Shown here: positions 38,401 to 49,062 of the stretch, piece by piece | Layout of the letters: each line of letters opens with the position of its first letter | How positions within the stretch are numbered: position 1 is the stretch's first letter | From: an uncultured Alphaproteobacteria bacterium | Lineage (GTDB): Bacteria > Pseudomonadota > Alphaproteobacteria > RF32 > CAG-239 | Direction of reading: 5' to 3' | DNA: 64,000 bases | Assembly (NCBI GenBank): GCA_944391615.1 | Contig: CALXUE010000001.1 | Coordinates: forward strand, 134,550 to 198,549 | Made by a program: the position numbers and the translations under genes | Notes under the pieces: generated by a model | What the model saw: the letters and a program-made list of their open reading frames with translations, nothing else | Told to the model about the DNA's origin: nothing | Databases searched by the model: none

Positions 38401-40785
38401 CTACAACACTTGCCGCCGTCCGGTATGGTCAGGCGCAGAAATAATTCCTTCGTCTTCCATACGCTCAATCAAGATTGCCGCGCGGTTGTAGCCGATTCGC
38501 AAACGTCTCTGGACATAACTGGTTGAAGCCTTTTTATCATTGCGCACAATCTCCACCGCTTGATTATACAAGTCATCATCGCTTCCACCGGCCATATCAC
38601 CTTTGTCAAAAACAGCCCCGCCGCCGTTTCCGGAAGACTTGTCGGTGTTCAATTCACCCTCGGTAACACCCTCTACATATTCCGGAGCTTTTTGCGACTT
38701 AATAAAATCCACCACCTTTTCAATTTCGGCATCAGGAGCAAATCCACCATGCACACGTTGCGGACGCTGTCCTGCCGGCATATAGAGCATATCACCGCGC
38801 CCCAAGAGCTGCTCAGCACCTTGTTCACCCAAAATCGTGCGGCTGTCAATTTTAGAAGTCACTTGATAGCTAATTCGCGTCGGGAAATTAGATTTAATCG
38901 TACCGGTAATCACATCAACCGACGGACGCTGAGTTGACATAATCAAGTGCAAACCGGCCGCACGTGCCATTTGCGCCAAACGCTGAATAGCTGCTTCAAC
39001 TTCCTTGCCGGCCACCAACATCAAATCAGCCATTTCATCCACCACAATCACAATATACGGCAACGGCGTCAAATCCAACTCTTGCTCTTCAAAAATCGGC
39101 TTACCCGTTTCTGCATCAAACCCCGTCTGTACCGTGCGTTTAATCACTTCACCTGAGGCTTTGAGCTCTTTCAGCTTTTGGTTATAGCCCATAATATTGC
39201 GCACATTGAGTTGCGCCATCGCGCGATAACGGTCTTCCATTTCGCGCACCGCCCATTTCAAACCGATAACCGCCTTGGCAGGATCGGTAATCACCGGTGT
39301 CAACAAATGAGGAATTCCGTTATACATCGAAAACTCAAGCATTTTCGGATCAATCATAATAAACTTGCATTCATCCGGCGTCATTCGATAAAGCAAAGAC
39401 AAAATCATACCGTTCACACCAACAGACTTACCCGAACCGGTCGTACCGGCAACCAACAAGTGCGGCATTTTTGCCAAATCGGCATAAACATTTCGCCCGC
39501 CGATATCTTTACCCAAAGCGATATTCAATTCGTTTTTATTTTTGCGGAATTGCTCATCATCAATCAAATCTCTGAGCCAAACGGTTTCTCTGTTTTTGTT
39601 CGGTAATTCAATACCAATCGTATTTGACCCCGGCACAACGGCAATACGCACCGACACCGCCGACATAGAGCGGGCAATATCATCAGCCAACCCGATAACG
39701 CGTGCGGTTTTTGTTCCCGGAGCAGGTTCAAGCTCATAAAGTGTCACCACCGGCCCCGGACGAACTTTAACAATACGCCCGTGCACACCAAATTCCTCCA
39801 ACACACTTTCGAGCTGACGAGCAATTTCATCCAACTCTTTTTGAGAGATTGTGCTTCCGCCTTTATCTGCCGGTCGAGAAAGCAAAGCCACATCCGGAAA
39901 TTGATAACCATCGTTATTATTTTTAGCAGAAGAAGATGTTTTAAGAGCTTTGCTCTTTGCCGATTTCGATTCTTTTTCAGGTTGAACATCTTTATCATCT
40001 TCTGCGGGAGAGTCCCCAAATTTTGGCTCTTTACGCAGAATAGATTTTTTGGCTTTTTTAGCCGGTTTAGCATCTTCTGCAAGTGCCACAAAATCATCTT
40101 CATCGTCCGTCTCATCAGATTCGCTGTTTTTTCTTGAAAACAAACGTTTGACAATAGAAGAACAAATCACGGCTCCCTTATAAACATACAAACACCAAAC
40201 CGAAACAACCTTATAAACCCCCAAAGCAAATACCTTAAACCAATGAGCCCAGTTTTTAAGAGTAATACCGAAAGCATAATCAAAGCACAACAGCGTCATG
40301 CAAAACAAAATAACACCAACCAAAACATCGCCATAAGCATAAGGATAAATTATATTAACAAAAGTCATCAAATGAGATAACAAAGCCTCACCGACCGCCC
40401 CGCCAAAATTAAATCTACCATCATACAAAGGCAAGGCCGCCCCAAAGGCCGTAGCACAACATATACCCAAAATCCAAGCAAACACACGGCTATAAGGGTT
40501 AATAAATTCATTAAGTTTGAGCCTATTCAAGCCCCACGGAAAAAACACCAACAAAAAGATTGGCAAAACACATCCAAAAAACGACAAACAAAAATCAGCC
40601 GTTTTGGCACCGACAAGCCCCAACAAATTTTTCACACCATTACTGGTTGCCAGATTAAGAGCATTATCGCCGGCATGATAAAAGACAATGCTTCCATAAA
40701 CAAAAACTGCACCGAGAATGAGTAAAAGTCCCAAAAATCTCTTAATTAATTTTTTCCAAACTGAATTTTTTTTCTTAGCCATCAT
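38401..40785 (-). CDS. ftsK: DNA translocase FtsK
   Basis: N-terminal TM domain, acidic linker, motor domain with GTTGSGKS Walker A and a C-terminal gamma wHTH. Confidence 0.9.
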   Translation of the reverse strand: MMAKKKNSVWKKLIKRFLGLLLILGAVFVYGSIVFYHAGDNALNLATSNGVKNLLGLVGAKTADFCLSFFGCVLPIFLLVFFPWGLNRLKLNEFINPYSRVFAWILGICCATAFGAALPLYDGRFNFGGAVGEALLSHLMTFVNIIYPYAYGDVLVGVILFCMTLLCFDYAFGITLKNWAHWFKVFALGVYKVVSVWCLYVYKGAVICSSIVKRLFSRKNSESDETDDEDDFVALAEDAKPAKKAKKSILRKEPKFGDSPAEDDKDVQPEKESKSAKSKALKTSSSAKNNNDGYQFPDVALLSRPADKGGSTISQKELDEIARQLESVLEEFGVHGRIVKVRPGPVVTLYELEPAPGTKTARVIGLADDIARSMSAVSVRIAVVPGSNTIGIELPNKNRETVWLRDLIDDEQFRKNKNELNIALGKDIGGRNVYADLAKMPHLLVAGTTGSGKSVGVNGMILSLLYRMTPDECKFIMIDPKMLEFSMYNGIPHLLTPVITDPAKAVIGLKWAVREMEDRYRAMAQLNVRNIMGYNQKLKELKASGEVIKRTVQTGFDAETGKPIFEEQELDLTPLPYIVIVVDEMADLMLVAGKEVEAAIQRLAQMARAAGLHLIMSTQRPSVDVITGTIKSNFPTRISYQVTSKIDSRTILGEQGAEQLLGRGDMLYMPAGQRPQRVHGGFAPDAEIEKVVDFIKSQKAPEYVEGVTEGELNTDKSSGNGGGAVFDKGDMAGGSDDDLYNQAVEIVRNDKKASTSYVQRRLRIGYNRAAILIERMEDEGIISAPDHTGRRQVL

Positions 40786-40949
40786 GACACCTAAATAAAA
40801 ACAATAGAAAAATAATACACAAAAAACCTCAATTTTATATTAACAAAAAAGCCCCTATTCTGACTAAAAATGTTTTAAAACTTGACTTTTTGGCACAAAT
40901 GACTAAAGCTCAAAGACGAAAATAAAAAAACAAAAGGAAAGAAAATATA

Positions 40950-41894
40950 ATGAAATATGCTTTTGTATTCCCCGGACAAGGTTCACAGTTTGTCGGCATG
41001 GGGAAAGAACTTGCAGAAAATTTCAAATCCGCGAAAGAAGTTTATGAAGAAGTCAATGAAGCCCTGTCACAAGATTTATATAAAATAATGACCGAAGGCC
41101 CCGAAAGCGAGCTAACCCTAACCGCCAACACCCAACCGGCCTTAATGGCACATTCAATGGCGGTTATAAGAACATTGGAAAAAGAATTCGGAATTAACCT
41201 AAAAGACAAAGTGTCTTTTGTTGCCGGACATTCATTGGGTGAATACGCTGCGGCTTGTGCTGCCGGCGTTTTTTCATTATCTGACACGGCAAAATTATTA
41301 CGCATCAGAGGCGATGCCATGCAAAAAGCCGTTCCGTTAGGTGTCGGCGGTATGGCAGCCGTTTTGGGCGTATCATTCAAAGACATTGATGCTTTGGTTG
41401 AGGCCTGCAACGACGAAAACAGCATTTGCGTCGCCGCCAATGACAATTCCGACGGTCAAGTTGTTTTGTCCGGCCACATGGCAGCCATTGACAAGGCTGT
41501 AGCAATAGCATCGGAGTTTGGCGCTAAAAGATGCATCAAATTAGCCGTCAGCGCACCATTTCATAGTCCGTTGATGCAGCCGGCCGCACAAACCATGGCG
41601 AAAGCATTGATGGAAGTTGAAGCCCACGATGCGCAGATTCCACTGATAGCCAATGTTTTGGCCGCACCGGAACAAGATAAAAAAGAAATTATCAAGAACC
41701 TGATTAGCCAAGTAACGGGCACCGTCCGCTGGAGAGAAAGCGTTAATTATATGAAAGAAGCCGGTGTGACCGACGCGGTAGAAATCGGCGCCGGTAAAGT
41801 ACTTACCAACATCATCAAGAGAAGCCAACCCGATATCCACGCCTACACGGCAGGAACAGTGGCAGAAATTGAAGAATTGGCAAAAAATTTATAA
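40950..41894 (+). CDS. fabD: Malonyl-CoA:ACP transacylase
   Basis: GHSLGE active-site motif. Confidence 0.9.
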   Translation: MKYAFVFPGQGSQFVGMGKELAENFKSAKEVYEEVNEALSQDLYKIMTEGPESELTLTANTQPALMAHSMAVIRTLEKEFGINLKDKVSFVAGHSLGEYAAACAAGVFSLSDTAKLLRIRGDAMQKAVPLGVGGMAAVLGVSFKDIDALVEACNDENSICVAANDNSDGQVVLSGHMAAIDKAVAIASEFGAKRCIKLAVSAPFHSPLMQPAAQTMAKALMEVEAHDAQIPLIANVLAAPEQDKKEIIKNLISQVTGTVRWRESVNYMKEAGVTDAVEIGAGKVLTNIIKRSQPDIHAYTAGTVAEIEELAKNL

Positions 41895-41919
41895 AACAAA
41901 CAACATAAAGGAAAATAAA

Positions 41920-42657
41920 ATGTTTGACTTAACAGGAAAAGTAGCCTTAATCACCGGAGCAGCCGGCGGATTGGGTGATAAAATAGCCAGAACCTTGCAT
42001 GCACAAGGAGCCACCTTGGCGTTAACAGATATGAGAGCAGAACCGATGGAAAAATTAAAATCGGAATTAGGCTCAAGAGTAGAAGTATTCACCGCCAACT
42101 TAACGGATGCCGAAGCCGTAAAAACACTTGTAGCTGATGTAGAAAACAAAATGGGCAAGATAGACATTTTGGTCAACAATGCCGGTTTAACCAGAGACAA
42201 CATTTTTATTCGTATGTCAGATGAAGAATGGCAGTTGGTATTGGATGTTAACTTAACCGCAGGGTTTAAGCTTGCCAGAGCTGCCGTCAGAGGCATGATG
42301 AAAAGACATTTTGGCCGCATCATCGGCATTGCATCCGTAGTAGGCGTAATGGGCAACGCCGGACAAGCCAACTATGCCGCATCCAAAGGCGGAATGATAG
42401 CCATGAACAAGAGCTTGGCACAAGAAGTTGCATCCAGAGGTGTTACGGTTAACTCAATAGCACCGGGCTTCATCCGTACCCCGATGACCGACGTTTTAAC
42501 CGATGAAGTCAAAGCCAAATTAATGGCTCGTATTCCGGCCGGAAAACTTGGTGAAGCACAAGATATTGCCAATGTTGTAGCCTTCTTGGCAAGTGATGAG
42601 GCACAATACATCACCGGCCAAACCATCAACATCAACGGCGGTATGGCCATGATTTAA
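41920..42657 (+). CDS. fabG: 3-oxoacyl-ACP reductase
   Basis: Start at MFDLTGK with RBS aaggaa. TGAAGGLG motif and YAASK catalytic motif. Confidence 0.9.
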   Translation: MFDLTGKVALITGAAGGLGDKIARTLHAQGATLALTDMRAEPMEKLKSELGSRVEVFTANLTDAEAVKTLVADVENKMGKIDILVNNAGLTRDNIFIRMSDEEWQLVLDVNLTAGFKLARAAVRGMMKRHFGRIIGIASVVGVMGNAGQANYAASKGGMIAMNKSLAQEVASRGVTVNSIAPGFIRTPMTDVLTDEVKAKLMARIPAGKLGEAQDIANVVAFLASDEAQYITGQTININGGMAMI

Positions 42658-42681
42658 AGGATTCGTCAGGATTCGTTTAAA

Positions 42682-42716
42682 AGGAAGACTTTTCAAGGGT
42701 CTTCCTTTATTTTTTT
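42682..42716 (+). terminator. Intrinsic terminator after fabG
   Basis: 8-bp stem aggaagac / gtcttcct followed by ttatttttttt. Confidence 0.65.
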
Positions 42717-42804
42717 GAGTATCAAAAAAGAATATCTTTTGTTGACTTTTGCTAAGAATTCACCTACAAATTCATAATATAAAAATAGCTAGCTAAAGTA
42801 TTTA

Positions 42805-43935
42805 ATGAAAATATTAAACAAATACATATTAAAGCAGATATTTATAGGTTTTCTGCTGATAAGTTTTTCGCTGTTAGCCATTTTGTGGCTGACACAATCA
42901 TTGCGTTTTGTGCAATTAATCACCAACAAAGGCTTGCCGATAAGCTTATTTATAGAATTAACATCACTGTTAATGCCGCGGTTATTTTCTTTGCTGTCCC
43001 CGATTGCAGCCTTTGCGGCAGTTTTGTTTGTATATAACCGCATGCTATCGGACAGAGAATTGGTGATTATGAAATCGGCAGGTATTTCACCGGCAGAAAA
43101 TGCCAAAGCAGCAATATATTTTGGCATTATAATGAGCATTTTCGGACTATACCTAAACATATGGGGCATACCGCAAGCAGAAGCCGAATTTAATGACCTA
43201 CAATGGAAAGTCAAAAACGACGTATCACATTTGATGTTCAAAGAAGGGCAATTTACGGAGATTCAGCCCAACTTAACCGTATTCATCTCCACACACGAAC
43301 CTGATGGCTCGATGTCAAGCTTATTGCTCAATGATGAAAGGAACCCCAAAACGCGTTCCACAATTTCTGCGGAAAAAGGTCGCATTATATACACAGATAA
43401 AGGCCCGAGAATAATATTGGTCAACGGTATCCGCCAAGAAATCAGCACCGATTCGAACCAATTTTCATCTTTATCATTCAAAAGATATTCTGTTGATTTA
43501 GGCTACGGACAAAACAAAAAAGAAAAATCAGAAAACGCCCGAGAAAAAACTACCTGGGAACTTCTAAATGCGGATGAAGATAAAACATTGGATGAAGATG
43601 ATATAAGACACTATAAAGTCACCGGACACAATCGTTTAGTCAGCCCCTTTTACAATTTATTGTTTGCGCTAATTGGTTGTGTCGGATTAATTGTCGGCAA
43701 CTTCAACCGCCGCGGCCAAACAAAAATAATTTCCATTTCCATAGCTGCAATGATAGCCATTCAAGCACTATCCATCGCTTTGGACAATATGTGTAGCAAA
43801 AACTTAAGTTTGTTACCTTTGCTATATCTAAATCTGCTCATTCCACTAGGTTTAAGTGTTTATATATTGTTATATTACAATGCCTCGGCACGAATACACC
43901 GCCGCTCAACCGGAGAAGACAAGAATGAAGACTAA
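42805..43935 (+). CDS. lptF: LPS export ABC permease LptF (YjgP family)
   Basis: 376 aa; N-terminal ILNKYILKQIFIGFLL; followed by lptD. Confidence 0.7.
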   Translation: MKILNKYILKQIFIGFLLISFSLLAILWLTQSLRFVQLITNKGLPISLFIELTSLLMPRLFSLLSPIAAFAAVLFVYNRMLSDRELVIMKSAGISPAENAKAAIYFGIIMSIFGLYLNIWGIPQAEAEFNDLQWKVKNDVSHLMFKEGQFTEIQPNLTVFISTHEPDGSMSSLLLNDERNPKTRSTISAEKGRIIYTDKGPRIILVNGIRQEISTDSNQFSSLSFKRYSVDLGYGQNKKEKSENAREKTTWELLNADEDKTLDEDDIRHYKVTGHNRLVSPFYNLLFALIGCVGLIVGNFNRRGQTKIISISIAAMIAIQALSIALDNMCSKNLSLLPLLYLNLLIPLGLSVYILLYYNASARIHRRSTGEDKNED

Positions 43936-46261
43936 AACATCAAAGACCGGAGCGGTCCTTTTGCTTTCAAGCCTAATGGGAATGATGCCGCTTCACCAAG
44001 CAGAAAGTTCTTCGGTTATGGATGATCAAGAACGAGATATGTTGGAGTTTGTCGCAGGACAACCATATCCCAGTGATGAAAACAAAACCAAGATGCCCAA
44101 AGCCGAAATTCAGCCGCTTAACTTAATGGGATTTTCGGATTCAACCTTACCCAAAGAACACAACTCGGAAGACACCTATTTCAGTGCCGATGAAATGATA
44201 AATGATGAGGTAAACCAAACCATTACAGCCATAGGCAAGGTCAACATCATCAAAGACGATATGTCGGTCATAGCCGATAAAGTCGTCTACAATCAAAAAA
44301 CAGATGTCGTGACGGCAACCGGCAATGTTGTTATGATGAACAAAGAAGGCGACGTTGTGTTTTCGGATAATGTCATTTTAACAAACGAAATGAGCCAAGG
44401 CACCATGCATGATGTCAAGGTTGTAATGGCTGATGAAACCAAAATCACAGCCAAAAGGTTTCGCCGTTTGGCCAAAGACCACAAGGTTATGGATTCGGCC
44501 ACATACACCCCATGCGATGCCTGTGAAAACAAATCGCCGCTGTGGAAATTAAACGCTCGTAAAGTCAAACATTATGCCGATAGTCAAGATGTTGTTTATA
44601 ATGACGCTTATTTAACGTTTAAGGGAATACCGGTATTTTACACTCCCTATTTTTCACATCCGGACCCAACAGTAAAAAGACGTTCAGGTTTTCTGTTTCC
44701 CGAAATTGGCAGTACCAATTATTTGGGACAATACATAACCCCAAAATATTATTGGGCGATAGACGACCATCAAGACTTTTTGTTTTCACCCTCCATCACG
44801 GCCGACAGAGGTATAGTATACGGGGGAACATATCGCAAATACTTTGAAAACGCCTATATGAACATTGACGGAAGTTATGTAAACGCGGCTGAACACAATG
44901 TCAATTACAAATCAAGAAAACTTCCGGAATACGGAAAAGATCGGGATAGAGGTCACGCATTCATAGACAGCCGCATAGAATTAAACGATTCTTGGTTAGC
45001 TAACGCCAATATCAATTATGTTTCTGACCGTTATTACCTGAAAGATATGTCATTGCCGCAAAAAGACGATATGTGGCTGACAAGTCATATAGGATTACAA
45101 AACTTTGACAACCGAAACTATGCATCGGCGGATGCTTTTTACTATAAATTTGTCAGTTTAATGAATTTGCCGGAAGCAGAAGACAAGCCCTATGTTTTGC
45201 CTTTGGTTAATTATGAAATGTATTCCGATCCGAATGAATACGGTGCCTACACCAAAACAACATTAAATTACGCATCCGTATTAAGGGATGAAACAAATTC
45301 CAGCCAAAGGATGACAATGATAAATGCCTGGAATTTACCTTACACAAGTCCTTATGGAGAAAAATACAAATTTGTAGCATCCCTCAAATCTGATTTATAT
45401 TATGTAGACAATTATCAAAGCAGCTACAACCAAGATTTTACAGGGAGCGTTGGAAGAGTTTTCCCACAAGTGGGAATGGAGTGGAGACTACCATTTATCA
45501 AGGCCAGTGAAGATTCGCGTCAAATCATAGAACCGGTCATTGTTGCGGTAGCGGCACCGAACGGCGGGAACAAGACCAGCAAAATTCCAAATGAAGATAG
45601 CCAAGACATACAGTTTGACGACACCAATATTTTAAGTTTAGACAGATACCCCGGATATGATAGAAACGACACCGGCAGCAGAATAAGCTATGGTGTTAAC
45701 TGGAGTTCATACGGAGATGTAACCGGCCGCACATCTGCCTTTATCGGCCAAAGTTATCGTTTCAAGAAGAGCGAAGGATTCGGAGAATACCTAGACCAAA
45801 GGAGCTATTTTAGTGACTATGTCGGCCGCATAAATGCATCTCCGAACCAATATCTTGATTTAAACTATCGTTTTACGATAGACAAAGATGACTACAAATT
45901 AAAATACAGCGAATTAACGGCAGCGATTGGTCCGAGTATGATGAAATTTTATGTGTCATACATATATCTTGAAAACAACCCGAACGCCATCATACAAGGA
46001 TACCGTCAAAGACAAGAACTATACACCTCTGTATCCTTAGGCTTAACGAGAGATTGGAGTTTAAGGTTGTACAACCGACAAGATTTGGCAGATGTAAACA
46101 CATCACTTGAGAACGGCGGCGGATTAACCTATGAAGATGAATGCTTTAAGTTTATCTTAAACGCAACAAGATATAATTACGAAAATTCAGATTATGACAA
46201 TTCTTACGAATACACGGCAACATTTGTATTCAAAACATTGGGGACCATAGGTTCTGAATAA
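43925..46261 (+). CDS. lptD: LPS-assembly outer membrane protein LptD (OstA/Imp)
   Basis: Start at MKTKTSK with a signal peptide; OstA N-terminal domain then a large beta-barrel; followed by surA. Confidence 0.85.
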   Translation: MKTKTSKTGAVLLLSSLMGMMPLHQAESSSVMDDQERDMLEFVAGQPYPSDENKTKMPKAEIQPLNLMGFSDSTLPKEHNSEDTYFSADEMINDEVNQTITAIGKVNIIKDDMSVIADKVVYNQKTDVVTATGNVVMMNKEGDVVFSDNVILTNEMSQGTMHDVKVVMADETKITAKRFRRLAKDHKVMDSATYTPCDACENKSPLWKLNARKVKHYADSQDVVYNDAYLTFKGIPVFYTPYFSHPDPTVKRRSGFLFPEIGSTNYLGQYITPKYYWAIDDHQDFLFSPSITADRGIVYGGTYRKYFENAYMNIDGSYVNAAEHNVNYKSRKLPEYGKDRDRGHAFIDSRIELNDSWLANANINYVSDRYYLKDMSLPQKDDMWLTSHIGLQNFDNRNYASADAFYYKFVSLMNLPEAEDKPYVLPLVNYEMYSDPNEYGAYTKTTLNYASVLRDETNSSQRMTMINAWNLPYTSPYGEKYKFVASLKSDLYYVDNYQSSYNQDFTGSVGRVFPQVGMEWRLPFIKASEDSRQIIEPVIVAVAAPNGGNKTSKIPNEDSQDIQFDDTNILSLDRYPGYDRNDTGSRISYGVNWSSYGDVTGRTSAFIGQSYRFKKSEGFGEYLDQRSYFSDYVGRINASPNQYLDLNYRFTIDKDDYKLKYSELTAAIGPSMMKFYVSYIYLENNPNAIIQGYRQRQELYTSVSLGLTRDWSLRLYNRQDLADVNTSLENGGGLTYEDECFKFILNATRYNYENSDYDNSYEYTATFVFKTLGTIGSE

Positions 46262-46279
46262 GATAAGAAAGGAAAGAAG

Positions 46280-47347
46280 ATGAAAAAAATCATTATAGGA
46301 ATAATGAGTATATTAACAAGCATAAGCCAGGCGCAAGCGTTTGACTTTTCATCCATAGACCCGAGACTATCATCAGACCGAGCAGCAGAGTCCGAAGAAG
46401 AGCCGGCACAAAAATCGCAACTTGTGCGCACCCCGCAAACGATGACACAAAATGTTGAAAAAAAAGGAGATTCACAAGCATTATCCTTAAAGAACAGTTT
46501 GGTTAAAATCATAGCAGTGGTAAACGGAGACATCATATCGACAGAAGATCTTGATAACAGAGTAAGAGCCTTTATTATGGCCAATCAAATTCCCGTAACT
46601 GACGAGAACAGAAACGTCATATATCAAAGAGTTTTAACTGCCACAATAGATGAAAAGCTCAAATTGCAAGAAGCGGAAAAGAACGGCATCAAAATCAGTG
46701 AAAAAGAGATAGATTCGGCGATTGCCAATTTTGAAAACGTCAACAAAATTCCACAAGGCAAGATGAAAAACATTTTGAAAGAATATGGCGTAGAAGAAAC
46801 CGCATTCAGGGAGCAAATGAAAGCCGACTTGGCATGGATGAGATTAATCCGTCAAAAGAGCAGTGCGGAAGGAAATATCAGCGACAAACAAGTAGCCGAA
46901 GAGCTTGAAAAAGCCAAGAAGGATTTTGCGCAAACCAAATACCAAATATCAGAAATATTCATCAGCGGCAAGAACGCCAAAAAAGCAAAAGAGCTGGATG
47001 AAATTTTGCAAGAAGACAATCGTTTTGAGTATTATGCATTTCAGTTTTCGGAAGCACCGACAGCATCAGCCGGCGGTCGTTTAGGCTGGGTCAACGTCAC
47101 CACCTTATCAGAGCCTTTGCAAAAAGCCCTGAAAAAAATGAAAAAAGGTCAAATATCACATCCGATAAAAGTCGGAGATGACTATTACATCATCAGACTA
47201 GAACAAGTCTACAAGCCAGAAATGAACAAACACGAACCAACCGAAAAAGACATCAGAACATTTTTGGAGAATCAACGACTGGATACATACGCCACCAAAT
47301 ATATACAAGAGATTCGCCAAAAAGCGGTGATAGAGTTTAAGGGATAG
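46280..47347 (+). CDS. surA: Periplasmic chaperone/PPIase SurA
   Basis: Signal peptide; PpiC-type domain; position between lptD and ksgA. Confidence 0.8.
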   Translation: MKKIIIGIMSILTSISQAQAFDFSSIDPRLSSDRAAESEEEPAQKSQLVRTPQTMTQNVEKKGDSQALSLKNSLVKIIAVVNGDIISTEDLDNRVRAFIMANQIPVTDENRNVIYQRVLTATIDEKLKLQEAEKNGIKISEKEIDSAIANFENVNKIPQGKMKNILKEYGVEETAFREQMKADLAWMRLIRQKSSAEGNISDKQVAEELEKAKKDFAQTKYQISEIFISGKNAKKAKELDEILQEDNRFEYYAFQFSEAPTASAGGRLGWVNVTTLSEPLQKALKKMKKGQISHPIKVGDDYYIIRLEQVYKPEMNKHEPTEKDIRTFLENQRLDTYATKYIQEIRQKAVIEFKG

Positions 47348-47349
47348 AG

Positions 47350-48204
47350 ATGCAGATCAGCGCAGCAGAAAAAATTTCAACCCTGCCTTCATTAAGCTTA
47401 ACGGTTGAAGCACATGGTTTGCTGGCGAATAAGGCGCTAGGGCAAAACTTTTTGCTGGATTCTAACATCACCAACAAAATCATAAACTTGTCGCTGGAGA
47501 GGCAAAAAAAAACCTCTTATGAAGATGATTTTGTTTATGAGATTGGCCCCGGCCCCGGAGGATTGACCAGAGCAGTGTTAAGTCATAATCCTAAAAAGCT
47601 GACGGTGGTAGAAATGGATGAGCGCTGCATTTCAATTATGGAAGATTTGCAGTCAAAGTTTCCCAAACAATTAGAGATTATTCAAGGCGATGCGCTCAAA
47701 GAAGATTTTAGCAGCAAGGACAGCAAGCCACGACACATCGTCAGCAATTTGCCGTATAATATTTCCGTTCCATTATTAACGGGCTGGCTGGAGCAAATGG
47801 AAGCATATGAGAGCTTAACATTGATGTTTCAAAAAGAGGTTGCGGAAAGAATCATAGCCCCGATAAACACCAAGGACTACGGCAGATTGTCGATTCTTGC
47901 GCAGTTGCAGTGCAAAATTGAAAAATTGTTGGATTTAAACCCAAATTGCTTTACACCCGCACCCAAAATTTGGTCGAGTGTTTTGCTCTTTCGCCCCAAA
48001 GAAAAACTTTTGACCAAAGAACAAATAAAAAAAATAAGCCATATCAGTACGTTAGCCTTTGGACAACGTCGCAAAATGGTGCGCCAAAGCTTAAAGCAAA
48101 TTCCGCAAATAACCGAGAAACTCGCCACATTAAACATTCCGGAAACCTATCGAGCGGAACAAATCACACCGGAACAATATTTGCAGTTAGCGGATATGAT
48201 TTAA
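47350..48204 (+). CDS. rsmA: 16S rRNA (adenine1518/1519-N6)-dimethyltransferase
   Basis: GQNFL motif and EIGPGPGGLT SAM-binding motif. Confidence 0.9.
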   Translation: MQISAAEKISTLPSLSLTVEAHGLLANKALGQNFLLDSNITNKIINLSLERQKKTSYEDDFVYEIGPGPGGLTRAVLSHNPKKLTVVEMDERCISIMEDLQSKFPKQLEIIQGDALKEDFSSKDSKPRHIVSNLPYNISVPLLTGWLEQMEAYESLTLMFQKEVAERIIAPINTKDYGRLSILAQLQCKIEKLLDLNPNCFTPAPKIWSSVLLFRPKEKLLTKEQIKKISHISTLAFGQRRKMVRQSLKQIPQITEKLATLNIPETYRAEQITPEQYLQLADMI

Positions 48205-48309
48205 AAAATTTTGTCAATTTTCAAAAAAAAGCTTGCATAAAACAATTAGCGGTGCTAGATTAAGCGCCGTGTTAAATATTTTTATGTAAAACATTAAATA
48301 CCTACAATT

Positions 48310-49011
48310 ATGGAAACAATTCAAAAAAGCAAAGAATTGAAAGAAAAACTGGTAAAAGCTCTCGGTGCTGAAAATGCAAAAAAACTCCTTGCTATCGCAC
48401 CGGCAATTCTCACAACAGAACTGGATGAAACTATCGCGGAATTTCCACGCCTGCACAAAAAGCAGGTGATTCGCCTGTTTGAAAATGCCGCTAATGTAAA
48501 GAAAAGCGACAGCATTTCCGGTGGCCGTATTTTCCGCCCGACATTGATTTCTTTGATTGAACGTCTGGAGGCCTACACCGGTCGCAAGATGCTCAAAGAA
48601 AATTCTTTAGCACCACTCCGCTATCTGGAAGAGGCAAACGAAAACAGAAAAAAAATAATCAAGTCTTCAAAGAACAAAGAAATCACGATTGAAGACATCG
48701 CCGATTTCTTTTCAGAAAGGGAAGACCGAAAGATTGAACATCTGATTGCTTTAAGTGCAACTCAGATGACAACCAAAGAAAAAGACCATTCGGTCCATGC
48801 CGTTGAGCAGTTCTTGCAGGGATGTTGCAAACAGCCGCTTCAAAACGACACTAAGGTCTGCGACTTGATTCCTCAGGATGTTCCTGCCGGACAAGACAGC
48901 TACTATATCGTTCTGTTCTGGATGGAACAGCAGTACGACAAAATGCTGCCAAAGTCATTCGACTTCCAAACAAAAACGGTTGGAGACCTCATCAAATTCT
49001 TTGCGGTTTAA
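48310..49011 (+). CDS. Hypothetical protein (233 aa) with foreign nucleotide composition
   Basis: Intact ORF with its own promoter-like region and terminator. Hand-counted GC is about 47% over 240 nt against about 40% in the neighbours; CTG/CGC/CGT-rich codons. Confidence 0.5.
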   Translation: METIQKSKELKEKLVKALGAENAKKLLAIAPAILTTELDETIAEFPRLHKKQVIRLFENAANVKKSDSISGGRIFRPTLISLIERLEAYTGRKMLKENSLAPLRYLEEANENRKKIIKSSKNKEITIEDIADFFSEREDRKIEHLIALSATQMTTKEKDHSVHAVEQFLQGCCKQPLQNDTKVCDLIPQDVPAGQDSYYIVLFWMEQQYDKMLPKSFDFQTKTVGDLIKFFAV

Positions 49012-49026
49012 AAAAAACAAACACAA

Positions 49027-49062
49027 AAAAGAGGCGGACTTTAACAGTCCCCCTCTTTTTTT
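49027..49062. terminator. Bidirectional intrinsic terminator between convergent genes
   Basis: Stem agaggcggact / agtccccctct (one mismatch) followed by T7. Confidence 0.65.

Noticed and set aside
42661-42683. Short direct repeat aggattcgtcaggattcgt downstream of fabG
   Set aside because: It is only an 8-nt unit repeated twice next to a terminator and is too short to interpret.
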